This document shows positions 1 through 12,500 of a stretch of DNA of 64,000 nucleotides, piece after piece; the stretch's first letter is position 1; the number at the start of each line of letters is the position of its first letter. Position numbers and translations under genes: made by a program. The stretch covers positions 14,198,001 through 14,262,000 of the forward strand of contig CATNEN010000001.1 of NCBI GenBank assembly GCA_950097015.1, given 5' to 3'. Source of the DNA: Macrostomum hystrix (Eukaryota > Animalia > Platyhelminthes). A model generated the notes under the pieces. That model was not told the DNA's origin. It saw only the letters and a program-made list of their open reading frames with translations, and made no database searches.

Positions 1-3000
1 GCCAGCCGCGAGGGCGAGGCCACCCGGGCCAGTTGCAAAGTTGTTGATTAGAGTACAAATGGCCGCCTCCTGGCCTGGAGCCACTTCAATATCTGTGGAA
101 GGTGGAATAGGGTTTCGTTTCATTACGAAGTAAGAGTGTCAAATGGTGGCCAATTAGGAGTAAGGTGTAGGATCGAGTCACGGCAACTTACTGATGGCGA
201 ACACAATGCGCAACGGTGGCTGCGGCACGACATCTCTGGAAGTAGGAGGGCAGGTATCGTAGTGCTCAACAACAATGATAGCCACTCCACGCAATGGTTA
301 AAATTTAAACTCAATTTAATTCGAACTTAGGTTTTCACTGGAATTTCTCAACTTAGCGGGCTGAGGGATCTGGGTTCAGGTTAAGATCAATCATAGATCG
401 GAATCGGGCTGGGGGTGCCGGGAACAGCGATTAATCTAGATGGCCTAGTTATTATTCAATCATTTTAATCACCCCTCAATAACCGGCCTTGGAAGGCCGA
501 GTAGAAGCAATAACTCACCTTTCTTCTCCAGGCTGAATCGAGGACTGAGTCTCGCATAATGGCACGAATGGGCGAGTAGCGTTAAGCATGGTACATGGAT
601 TAGGGGTAGAAGCTTGGCAGGCGCAGTAAGGGAAGTGTTTAGTGAGTTAACAGGCCTGAAGTTAATGGAGCATCAAGTGGCTATTATTTTTATAACAGTT
701 TGGTTAGGGGTTTTGGTGGCCGAGGCGCCAGCCAATAGGAAGGCTCGGGAAGGTTGTGGGGAATTCCATGAGTAAGGGGACCATAGCTATAGTTTGGTTA
801 TTGGGGCCTTGACTTTTTCGGCGAAGAGATACCACAGCCGGCAACAGCGTAACTGGGCGGCCTGAGCAGCGGTTTTCTCCAGCTGCGACCAGCTACAGCG
901 CCGACTGGACCGCGCGCAACGGCTCGGCAACCGGCCCGGCGAACATTGTCGGGCACGGCCAGCTGTGAAACACCTGGGGCGCGCGGCAAATCAGAGGCTA
1001 CCAATGCCCGGCAGCAGGATCGGTGAGGACGCGAATGGGCCAACCAACCTGGAACCACCTGGTGAGAGCACGGCCGGACCCCTCGGACTCAAGGAAAGAC
1101 GGCCGGAGCCTCCCAGGATTGCGCAACCGAGACCAAGCCGGGCAGGAGAAGATGGGCACAGCTGCAACCACCTGGAGAAGAAGGCGAGCCGGGACAAGGC
1201 ACACCCCTGGGCATCGAGGAACTCTATTCGCCGCGGCTGGAATGCGCACCCACCCCCCATAGGACGCTATACCGCAATCACTAGGGGCGCCGACCATTTT
1301 ATACTCACGCACCAATCTATTTATAGTATCCGTACGTAAGTACGCATTAGGATTTCCTCTCTAGCGGAATTCTTCTTAGGGTTCTGTACCGTATGTTGTA
1401 GGTAATTATTATTTTTTTTATCCCCATTGATTCTCGAGACACCCCGCTACTTCTGTCAGTAGGCACGTAAGTGTCTTACGTGAAAGTGAGCGAAGGTGGA
1501 GTGATGTGGAGTGTGCTGCGGGAATCGAGTGGGACTGTGAGCCAACATAATTTTTCAAATTTTTAAGTGTCTAATAATTTGGACCCACATAGCAGCTGGC
1601 CGCAAACACGATCATTAATCTTAGGGCCGGGTTTGGGGCGGCGGTGAATTAAGTAGCCGTCGAATCCCTTCTCCCTGGATCTGTCTAGACCCCTGTAGGA
1701 ATGACTGATCGTGGCCATAGCTTTTATTGTATGAGTAGTTTAGGTCATAATTCTCCTCCAAACCGCGATCAGATATAGGCGTTATGAGTGATCATTAATT
1801 CTTCATGTCCCCTCTTCTTTACAGTATTCGAGCCCAGCTCGACTTTATGACCTCCCTCCTTTAGATACATGTAAATGTCACTGTAGGCAGGTCGGCGCCT
1901 GCGCTTCCCATTGTCCCGGCGGAGTAACAATCGCTGGCTGACTGCCGACGGCTGTTCGCGCAGAACATCTGTCGTTTCCCGCCGCCGGTTCATTGGGCAA
2001 TTGGGGCGGCAATCGCCGCTTCAATTCCTCGATGACAGGCTGGCGCGAATGTGGGTTGCTTTGATGGATGTCGGGGTTGGCGTGCTGCAAGGCCTATTTA
2101 AGCAAGCGCGCTGCGCTGCTCCCTAGAGGACCTCTTTTCTCCCACCGGCTCTTCCCCTTCTCCCTGCCGGTTTACTTTTGCCGGGCCGGACTCCCACCGG
2201 ACCCAGAGCACCTTTCCGGACCCACTTAGGGCCTAGACCCTAGAGCTCATAGCTCCACAGTTAGCGCGGGCCCATTGCCTGCCCCCATTCCCCCTGAGCG
2301 CGAGCCACCTCTTTAGGTGAGCCGTTAAATTGAGCCTTGAGCTCCAAGCGTGTGGGCCCCTGCCGACTCGCAGCATCTTTCCCTTCCCGGCCTTTGCTGT
2401 CTTACCTCATCCTCTTCCCCGAGAACAACGGGATTGCAGCACGCGGCCGAAGCGACTCCAGATAAGTAACCCGCGCAGCGGTTTGTGATTGTTATTTCTA
2501 CGGGGCTGCACTTTTAGTCTAGGCGGGAAGTACGGGCTTGGGCGAGGGATTTATCTAGCCTAATAAAAGCAGTAATTACTAGCCAATTATTCAAACATTA
2601 GGCCAATTTAATAACAATTTAAATCCTTCCGCCATGCTATTACTTTCTCTTTATTTTCACCTTAGACAGCCCTCTACCATGAGTGGCTAATCTATTAGGG
2701 GAATGGGCTCTGGCACAGCCGAGCTGAAAGCTGCGGCAGGAAGGCAATTGTAAGCGCATATGAGAGCAATATGGAGCTAGGGATTTGCAAGTAAAATGCG
2801 GAGTGTAGCACGTGTTGTCTTTCTGCCCAGGGGTGGGGAATTCCCTGGCGGGTTTTCCTCGTTTCCTGGCGGAATTGGGAGCGCGTGTCAAGCTCCCCTG
2901 CCAATTGAGTTTCCCTTCCGTTCCCCCTCTCGCTTCCACCGCCAGGGAAGTGGGGGTGATGATCTTTTAATCTTACGCTCGCATAATCACTCAGCCAGTG

Positions 3001-3800
3001 TTCAGCTTAATCTCTCCTGCCTCTGTTTTCCTCAGCTCACACAGACTCGGATTGCTAGTTATCTAATGTGTAGGCTGCAGTCTAATGTACCGAATGTGTC
3101 TGATGTCCCATGAGTAGGATTCTGGCTATGGATTTCTCTTTCAGGTTCTGAGTACCACCTTTCTAGACCACTGTAGCGCAGATTCAGGAATCCCCTGGTG
3201 AGGCGTGTCTCGATCCATTCTGGGGTTTTCACCCTAGTCTAAAACGGAAGTTACAGAAGGCTCTATTTTTCGGCTTGTCTAAGATCTGTGTGACAAACTA
3301 GGAGCTGCGAGCTCCGGGGACCCAAGTTCCCAAATGTCTGCGGTGGCAACGTAGGCGCATTGGGTGGTGGCGCTACCCTAGATCATTTTCCGCTTTGCCG
3401 ATAGCCTTTCCGCATTTCTAAGACAAGAGCCTAGGCCGAGTCGACCACTGCTACCAAGGTTAGGGGTCAGTTACGAACATGCTACTGATGACAGTAGGCT
3501 ACATAGCCCTGTCCTATCCGCTTGCGGGTAGTCCGACATCTATTTAGACTTTTAGCCGGTTTCGAGCACTGCTTGGGGTAGGCACGGCAGTCATGCCTGT
3601 GGCCTATGGGTTGAGTGGGACTGGCCAGCCTGAGGCCGAGAGGACCACTCCCTGCATCCACTGTCTCTCCCTTCATCTCTCCCTTCATCCCTCTTTCCGC
3701 GGCAACTCGCGAGACTTTGCGGTACGACTTCTGACTCTATCGCCATCCCCACACTCCTTTTCCTTCACGAGGACAGATCATCGGATTGCAAAAGACCCAA
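1..3800 (-). other. Unidentified decayed GC-rich coding-like region (possible old mobile element or pseudogene)
   Basis: GC-rich, with short protein-like minus-strand frames broken by many stops; no domain recognised. Confidence 0.2.
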
Positions 3801-4602
3801 TCTATTTCACACAGTTTATCGAGTCGGATTCAATTGAAAATCTATCTAGAAATGATTTCCTACACAACTGAGTTGGTTTCATGATTTTAAATGATTTCCA
3901 CTCGAACTTATTAACCTGGAAAGTCACCTAGAAAATCCCGGGCTCTATGAGCAATGGGATATTGCATGCATGCGACTTTGCCAGTGCTATTTTTAGAGCA
4001 GCACATGAGCAAACAGAGCTGGGAATTGCCGTTCGAGCTGAGCATGACAGCTAGGACTGATAAGAAGTTTCTAGAACGGAAATCAGCGGAGCGGGGATAG
4101 AGACGTTTTCTAGCACCGAAAATGTAAAGGAAAGACATGCGTTCACGCATGTACATGTTGGCAATAAAGCTATTTAGAAAGCAGCGAAAAGTGACGTACA
4201 GTCACACAGTTTCAAAGCTCACCAGAACTCTAGAGCAGTGTCTCGTTGGCACATTGAGGATCTGGGATTGTCACCAAACTGAGGATCTGGGTTGTCATTA
4301 AACTGAGCTTTAAATTTTTACATGTTGTATACCGACTGAACACATGCGGGATGAAGGCTTAGTTCATTTCGTTGTTTCAAACATTTTAATTAACTAATAC
4401 AAATCTTTAAACAAATATATGTCTATAAATATATGGTCAGTTAAAGAGTGCCAAACTTAACTGGTGCCTACGAGAGAAATCAACTAATGCGAAACTAAAA
4501 ATTTAAACTCTTTCTGTCTCAAATCTTTTCTTTGATCTCTTTCTGACTTCTCATGCCATTAATGGCATTAATGAAATTAATCGTAATTAAAATTTAAACA
4601 TT

Positions 4603-4825
4603 CTACTACATCTCACTACCCCACTTCCCCTCACTCTACTGCATCTCACTACCACACTTCCTCTCACTCTACTGCATCTCACTATCCCACTTCCTCTCAC
4701 TCTACTGCATATTACTACCACACTTACTCTCACCCTACTGCTCTCCCTCTCACCCTACCTGATCCCCCTTTCACCATACCTGCTCTCCATCTCACCCTAC
4801 TGATCTCCCTCTCACCCTACTAATC
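4603..4825. repeat. Short diverged tandem repeats (~33-bp then ~20-bp units)
   Basis: ctactgcatctcactaccacacttcctctcact-type units, then ctctcaccctactg-type units. Confidence 0.75.
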
Positions 4826-5316
4826 TAGGGAATCTAGGGATTCTAGGGAAGGCACGGAATCGATTTTGGGACCTCCCTTAATCCAGATTGATCTCGACGA
4901 ATTTTGAGTCCCTATGCTCTATGATAAATGTAGAGGAAACAGAAATTTAGAAGCAACCATGTTAATTTATATACTAGCTAGCTATTATACTAAGTTTTCA
5001 TGCAGAGTCATATAATTTCAGTCTACATGAGCAGGTCTTTCGGAAAGAATGAGCTATAGGATATGACTGAAACAGTATCCTATCGTTTCTACTAATAGTA
5101 GCACATGGCGAATTAATCTTCCTCCAAAAATTTTCGCATACGAAAAAAAAGTTGGAAAATTTAGTAGAAAATTTCGAAAATGATGCAAACAATATTTCCA
5201 AATTTAAGAGCAACTAGACATGTTAAAGGTGAAATAATATTTTTCTGCAACCATAAGTCACGTGTACTACACGAAAAGAAAAAAAAACCGCGTAAAAAGT
5301 GATGTTTACAAAACCG

Positions 5317-5450
5317 TGCGCCCAGGCGGCGGGAGGCGTATAGCAAGGGCGTATAGGAAAATCACTATGCGCCCAGGCGGCGGGAGGCGTATAGCAATGG
5401 CGTATAGGAAAATCACCATGCGCCCCGGCGCCGGCTGGGCGTATAGCGGG
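5317..5450. repeat. 51-bp GC-rich tandem repeat, ~2.5 copies
   Basis: tgcgcccaggcggcgggaggcgtatagca...ggaaaatcac starts at 5317, 5368 and 5419. Confidence 0.85.
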
Positions 5451-5839
5451 GCGCACGGCGCCCCACTCTGCGCCCCAAAAAGCTGTCCCACCGGGTACAT
5501 CAGAGCCAGTTTTGTCAACGTGCATACCACTGCCAATTTAAATGATTGCATCAGGGCCAGTTTTGTTAAAAGTGAGTACACTGATAAGAATTTCACTGTG
5601 TCAAATGTGCATAGCTGTGTAAACCCCACTGGCGAGACAGTCAGTGCGAATTTATAAATAGATTATATCACAGATTTTCTCACCCGTGTGTGTGTGTTTG
5701 ATTTGAATAGGCAAAATGTGCATAGCAGATTTCAATTCAACGATATATTGCTCAATACTAGCGAGACATCTACTCCTTTCTTACTACGACAATAATAAAT
5801 CATCAAACCTTGTCTCAATTTCAATCGAAAAAAGTATGC

Positions 5840-7560
5840 AACAGTTTTTTAAATGTCCAACGGTTTTCTAACTCTGTCCAACAGTTTTTTAATGTGTTTG
5901 TAGGTTTCTAAATGTCTTTACCAGTATTCTAAAATGTGTTTAACAGTTTTCAAAAAGTGTTTAACCGGTTTCTAAATGTGTTTATTAGTTTTCTAAATGT
6001 GTGCAACAGTTTTTTAAGTTTGTTTACAGGTTTCTAAATGTGTTTACCAGTTTTCTAATTGTTTTTACCAGTATTCTAAATGTGTTTATTTGTTTTCTAA
6101 ATGTGTTTACCAGTATTATAAATGTGTTTACGAGTATTCTAAATGTGTTTACCAGTATTATAAATGTGTTTACCAGCACTCTAAATGTGTTTACCAGTTT
6201 TCTAATTGTGTTTACCTGTTTTATAAATGTGTTTACCAGTACTCTAAATGTGTTTACCAGTACTCTAAATGTGTTTAACAGTTTTCTAATTGTGTATACC
6301 ACTATTCTAAATGTGTTTAATAGTTTTCTAAATAAGTTTACCAGTATTATAAATGTGTTTACCAGTAGTCTTTATGTGTTTAACATTTTTCTAAATGTGT
6401 CTACCTGTTTTCTAAATGTGTTTACCAGTACTCTAAATGTGTTTAACAGTTTTCTAAATGCGTTTACCAGTTTTATAAATGTTTTTACCAGTAGTCTAAA
6501 TGTGTTTACCAGTATTATAAATGTGTTTACCAGTTTTCTAAGTGTGTTTACCTGTTTTCAAAATGTGTTTACCAGTATTTTAAATGTGTTTAACATTTTT
6601 ATAAAAGTGTTTAACCGTTTTCTAAATGTATTTATCAGTTTTCTAAATGTGTTTATCAGTTTTCAAAATGTGTTTACCAGTATTCTAAATGTGTTTAACA
6701 TTTTTCTAAAAGTGTTTAACCGTTTTCTAAATGTATTTATCAGTTTTCTAAATGTGTTTACCAGTTTTCTAAATGTGTTTACCAATTTTATAAATGTGTT
6801 TACCAGTTTTCTAAATGTGTTTATCAGTTTTCTAAATGTGTTTACGAGTATTCTAAATGTGTTTACCAGTTTTCTAAAGTGTTTAACGGGTTTCTAAATG
6901 TGTTTAACAGTTTTCTAAATGTCTTTAACAGTTTTCTAAATGTGTCCAACAGTTTTTAATGTGTTTACAGGTTTCTAAATGTGTTTAACAGTTTTCTAAT
7001 TGTGTTTAACAGTTTTCTAAAAGCGTTTAATAGTTTTCTAAATGTGTTTACCAGTATTCTAAATGTGTTTAACAGTTTTCTAAATGTGTCCAACAGTTTT
7101 CTAAAAGTGTTTAACCGTTTTCTAAATGTGTTTAACAGCTTTCTAAATGTGTCTAAAAGTTTTTTAATGTGTTTATAGGTTTCTAAATGTGTTCAACAGT
7201 TTTCGCAATGTGTTTAACATTTTTCTAAATGTGTTTACCTGTTTTCTAAATGCGTTTACCAGTGTTCTGAATATGTTTAACAGTTTTCTAAATCCGTTTT
7301 TCAGTATTCTAAATGTTTTTTTCCAGAATTCTAAATGTGTTTAACATTCTTCTAAAAGTGTTTCACCGTTTTCTAAATGTGTTTATCAGTTTTCTAAATG
7401 TGTTAAAAAGTTTTTTAAGGTGTAAATCGTTTTTCAAATGTTTCCAGTAGTTTTTTAATGTGTTTAATAATTTTCTAAATGATTCCAAGAGTTTTCTAAA
7501 TGTGTCCAGTAATTACCGCTTTTCTAAATGCGTCTAAAAGTTTTTTTAATTCGTTTATTG
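5840..7560. repeat. 21-bp AT-rich minisatellite (tctaaatgtgtttaccagttt)n
   Basis: Direct 21-nt periodicity; gives the spurious LNVFTSF ORF 6001..6897. Confidence 0.95.
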
Positions 7561-7576
7561 GTTAAAAATGGTTATT

Positions 7577-8073
7577 TGCTGCTGGTGGGATTAGTTCTCT
7601 GCTTCAGGGGGGAAATTAGTTCTCTGCTGCAGGGGGGGGGAATTAGTTCTCTGCTGCTGGGGGGGAATTAGTTCTCTGCTGCTGTGGGGAATTAGTTCTC
7701 TACTGCTGGGGGGGAATTAGTTCTCTGCTGCTGGGGGGAATTAGGGGGAATTAGTTCTCTGCTGCAGGGGGGAATTAGTTTTCTGCTGCTGGGGGAGAAT
7801 TAGGGGGAATTAGTTCTCTGCTGCTGGGGGGAATTAGGGAGGAATTAGTTCTCTGCTGCTGGGGGGGAATTAGGGGGGAATTAGTTCTCTGCTGCTGGGG
7901 GGAATTAGTTCTCTGCTGCAGGGGGGGAATTAGTTCTCTGCTGCTGGGGGGAATTAGGGGGGAATTAGTTCTTTGCTGCAGGGGGAAATTAGTTCTCTGC
8001 TGCTGGGGGGGAATTAGGGGGGAATTAGTTCTTTGCTGCAGGGGGAAATTAGTTCTCTGCTGCTGGGGGGGGG
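7577..8073. repeat. G-tract minisatellite (gggggaattagttctctgctgct, with gaattagggg subunits)
   Basis: 24-36-bp units with variable-length G runs on the + strand. Confidence 0.9.
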
Positions 8074-9089
8074 ACATTCGTTTTTTATTTCTGAGGGGAT
8101 AGTATTCACATGTACCTCAGTAGCATTAAGCTGAGTTGTATCAAACGTAAGTTACTTGGGTTATTTTTGCCACAATAGGGCTCTTGGTGTACTGACCGGA
8201 TGTCTCAGAATGTATTCAAGCTCAGCCTGACTATTTTTGTATTTAGTGAGAATTCTAATTCTCGTTGACTCGCAATAACGTATATTCGCAATCAGGGAAA
8301 TTATGACTGACGAAATGAGTTTACGTTTTTGTTTGCCTTCAGGTGTTTGTCCTTCTGCATTGCACAAGATTTTTTTGTCTGACCAGTAGTGCTCCCCGAA
8401 GGGGGGCAAAACTTGCTAGTATTTGTCTATTTGTCTATTTATATATATATATATATATTTATTTATTTATTTATTTATTGTATTTATATATTACTAAATA
8501 TATTTATATATGAGCCATACGTGCAGATATGCCACAGGTGGGACCCCGCCTTCTCAAAGCTTTATTGGACACAAGCCAATGAAAACGTGCCCGCGCTGCG
8601 CGGAATCCGACAGAGCCAATCCGAGCCAAGAGCGAGCCGAGCCGAGCCAACTTGACAAAGGCAAGTAAACTAGCTATTGTAGTATATTAATTAATTGTAA
8701 TTTACTGACCTCTAGTAATTATATTTTCCCGAGTTAATTTACAGCAATTTTTTCAATATATCCCATCTATTAGCCTTTCATAACCATCACTTACTCGCAA
8801 AATGTCTAAAAGACGGACTAAAGGCGACACGAACCCAAGACAAAAGTTTCAAAATTGGTTCACAAAGCAGCTACTTGACTTTGCCGACAGTGATGTAGAA
8901 ATGGACCAAGAAAGTGTTCAATTATTATTGAGTTTCTATTTAAGTTTCATGCAAGTTTGTGAAGAAATTTGACGAGGGTGGGGCAGACATCAGATGCAGG
9001 ATTTACAGGGTGATAGGTTAGATTGCCTCGGATTTCATGCACAGTTTCATCGTCTTCTTTTTTTCTGTAAGCTGAAAAACCCTAAGTCA

Positions 9090-9295
9090 TGTCACGTTAA
9101 CTGACCAACAACGTTCAGGGCCAGTGCCAACAACAGCGGTCTATTTATTAGGCACAGACTTGTCTATGGAAGTACTTATGCCTCGGTGGTGAGTAAACAC
9201 TGCTAAAGAGAGAGACAGCACACGAGGGATAGGAAGAAAGATATCATAGAATGTAACGAGGTCTAAAACATAAAAGTACAACCGCAAATCCAACA
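9090..9295 (-). mobile_element. 3' LTR of the Ty3/gypsy element
   Basis: Minus strand: polypurine tract GAGGGGGGCAG directly followed by TGTTGG at 9295; AATAAA at 9144-9149; ends ...GTGACA at 9090 (TG...CA). Confidence 0.75.
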
Positions 9296-12200
9296 CTGCC
9301 CCCCTCAAACAGACAGACAAATATTGTTTGCAATAACAAGCAATTTCATTTAGCAATTACAGTACCCCAAACATGAGTCAAAGCAGCAGCAAGTCGCAAC
9401 TCTCAACATGGCAGTTACTAAACTTCATGACAAACAGGTTTACGAGGGCGCAAATCATAAGAATCATTTCGGTCTTCAGTAGGAACTCTTGGACTCTGCA
9501 CTGAGCTGTTTACAGAAGCACCGGGTCCCGGCTGCTCCAGGTCAGCGCCCGCGCCGGCGCCAGTGACGGCCCGGCTGCCTTGGTCCTCAGGTCCGGCCGC
9601 CTCGGTCGGTCTCCGCTCAGCGTCGGTCTCCGGCCTGCTGCTCCACTGGTTCACGTGGGCCATCCGCAGTCCTCCGTCAGGTAGGTCGGCCGCAGCCACC
9701 AGCGCGGTGTTCTGACCATGTTGGATAACAAACTTGGCCAGAATCGGAGCGGTGCCGGGTCAATTCCGCAGCCAGATGGAGTCCCCCACCTGCTCGGTCA
9801 TGGTCAGCGGATGGCGGAGGCGGCGGCCCCACATGAGCTGGTCCAGAGAGTCCGAGCGGTTCCCGCTGGGCCTGCTGGTGCGAATAGTCAGGAGAAGCTT
9901 CTGCAGAAATTGGTCGAATGCCACCACCTTGGTCCACGTCTTCAACCCGCCTTTCAGACTTCTCACCAGCCGCTCAGCCTGTCCGTTAGACTGCGGATGA
10001 TAGGGCGGGGTGTGTACCTCCTGGCACCCGACGCTGCTCAACCACTGCGACACTCTCTCCGACTTGAACTCCGGAGCATTGTCCGACACCAACGTCCGCG
10101 GCACTCCGTTCCGGGCGAACACCGCCCTCAGCACCCGCAGCACCGAACCCGCAGACCTGTCAGGAACCTGAATCGCTTCCGGCCAGCCCGAGTACGCATC
10201 AGACATTAGCAGCAGCAGACCCACCCCGGGCACCTCGCAGTGGTCAATGTGCACTCGGGACCACGGTTCACTCTCTGGTGGCCAACAGTCAATCTTCCTC
10301 TGAACAACTGGTCGCCTCTCTGAGCACAGCTGGCACCGCTCAACAAACTGCCGCACCTCGCGGTCCAATCTAGGCCACCAGAACTCCCTTGATACATGCG
10401 CCTTGGTGTTCTCCGCACTCGGGTGAACCTCGTCGTGCGCGACCTCCAGGATGCGCCTGCGGAGGATTGTTGGCGGGACCACCCTGGTGCCATGAATGAC
10501 CAGTCCGTTCTCCACCGACAGCGCTTCTCGACAGGCTTTGTACGGCCGCTCCACCTGCGATACCTGGCCCCAGTGGCCTGTCCGGATTCTCTGCCGGAGT
10601 CTCTTCAGCAGCGAGCACTGCGCAGTCGCCTCCCTGAGCTCCTCCACCGTGACCAGTCCTCCATTGGCATCTAGCTCAACTCGGTGCACCGACTCGCCTG
10701 CACAGTCCTGCCGCTCTAAAATGAGTCTCGACAGAGCGTCAGCGTCCTGCATCCTCCTTCCCGGCACGTATTCGATGTCGTAGTAATACGCCGACAACCG
10801 AAGTGCTCACCGAGTCAGTCTGGCAGACACAGTCTTAGGCAGATTTTTGCTCGGGTTCAGGATGTACCTTAGGGGTTCGTGGTCGGTTTGGATAGTGAAC
10901 TTCTTCCCCAGCAACATCTTCCTGGCTCGCTCCACGGCCCACACTATCGCCAGCGCTTCCCTTTCGATGTTGGAATAATTAGTCTCCGCCGGCGTGAGCG
11001 CTCTGGACATGTACATCACCGGATGTCCCGACTGGACCAGCACCCCGCCGAGGTATCTCTCGCTGGCATCCACTCGAAGGCAGACAGGCAAGCGGATGTC
11101 AAACGGTTTGATGCACGGGTTGGAGGCCAGGCTTCTCTTGACCTCAAAAACGCAGTCTCAGCCGCGGCGCTCCACTCGAAAACTCGGTCAGCACGACGAA
11201 GTTCTTGAAGGGGCCGACATTTCTCAGAAAAGTTCGGAACGAGCCGTCCATAAAACTGAGCCAGTCCCAGGAATCGCTCCAAGTCTTTCTTGCTTTTCGG
11301 TGTCTCAACATCCATCACCCGCTTCACCATGCCTGGGTCGGGCTTGATTCCCTCCGCGTCAATCATGTGGCCGAGGAACTTCAAACTACTCGCCTCCATG
11401 ACGCACTTCGCCTCGTTGATCTTCACATTCGCGGCCTTCAGCTTCGCCAGCACCTGCTCCCTGATGCTCTGCAGCTCAGCCTGAGTCACTGCACCAATCA
11501 GCACAACATCCTGATAGACAATGACACAAGGGTGATCCCCCAGGAGCTTCTCCATCTCTCGTTGAAAAGCTGACGGGGACACCTTGATACCGTACAGCAG
11601 CCTGTTGAACCGGTAGCAGCCGAACGGAGTGTTGATGGTTGTCACGGCTTTCGACTTCTCATTCAGCGGGACCTGGTAGTACGCATCCGAGAGATCCAGC
11701 TTACTGAAAAGCTTTTTGTTAGCCATCTTGCAGAAAGCTGTCTCTATGGACGGCGTGAGATAGGTCTGGTCCTGCACCCACTGATTGACTGCTGTGCAGT
11801 CTCCACAGATCTTCACGGATGCTCGGTCCGACTTGACCGTCACCACAATCGGGCTGCCCCACTCCGACGACGTCACCCTCTCCACAATGCCTGCACTCTC
11901 CATCAGGTCCAGCTCCTTCTTAACCAAGTGCTTTAGCGCTAGGGGCAGCTCCCTGGCGGGCTGGAAAATCGGCCTGGCTCCCGCGCGCAGCCGGATTTCT
12001 CCCGTGGCTCCACAGATCCCCAGCAAACTCTCATACGTGTTGCTGGCTGCGGACGCAGCTGAGCTGGCATGGTGCACTGGGTGGGTCCCAGCAGGTCCCG
12101 TCCGAGCAGGCCGAACTCCTGCAGGCAGTCGATGACGGGCAGCTCCGCCGCCTTGAACTGGCCCTTCTTGCCACTGCTCTCCACCAGGCACTCCAGCACG

Positions 12201-12500
12201 CCCAGCTGCCGCATCACGTGACCGTCGTAGGCCAGCATGCGCGACTTCGCCGACTTCAGCTGGGGCCGGCCGAGCTCATCCCAGATTCTTCGGGAGACCA
12301 GCGAGCAGGAGGCGCCGCTGTCCATCTGCACGTCCCGGTGGTTGATCCTCACCGTGCAGTACTCGGCTGGCCGTTCTTCTCCGCAGCAGAACACGGGCTC
12401 GTCGCTATTTTCAATCGGCGTGCTGCTCTCTGATCCACTCGGCTCCGCGAAGTGAGCCCTGGCTAGCCAGTTCCAGGAATCGCTCTGGGCGTGGCGGTGC
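9090..12500 (-). mobile_element. Ty3/gypsy LTR retrotransposon, 5'-truncated and frameshifted (PR-RT-RH-IN)
   Basis: Protease MDSGASCS (11939..12394); RT LDLSDAYYQV, FNRLLYGIKVSP and YQDVV (YxDD mutated); RNase H VDASERYLG and NYSNIEREALA; integrase HHCC, HIDH, VSDNAPEF, SNGQAER; C-terminal YDLRPRK. PR-RT-RH-IN order is gypsy-type. No 5' LTR or full gag. Confidence 0.95.

Noticed and set aside
6001-7178. ORFs of LNVFTSF repeats
   Set aside because: Artefact of a 21-bp stop-free satellite.
12459-12470. TAGCCA on the minus strand resembling the R2 28S target
   Set aside because: Part of the palindrome tggctagcca that appears to lie in the gypsy reading frame, and not followed by AATGCC.
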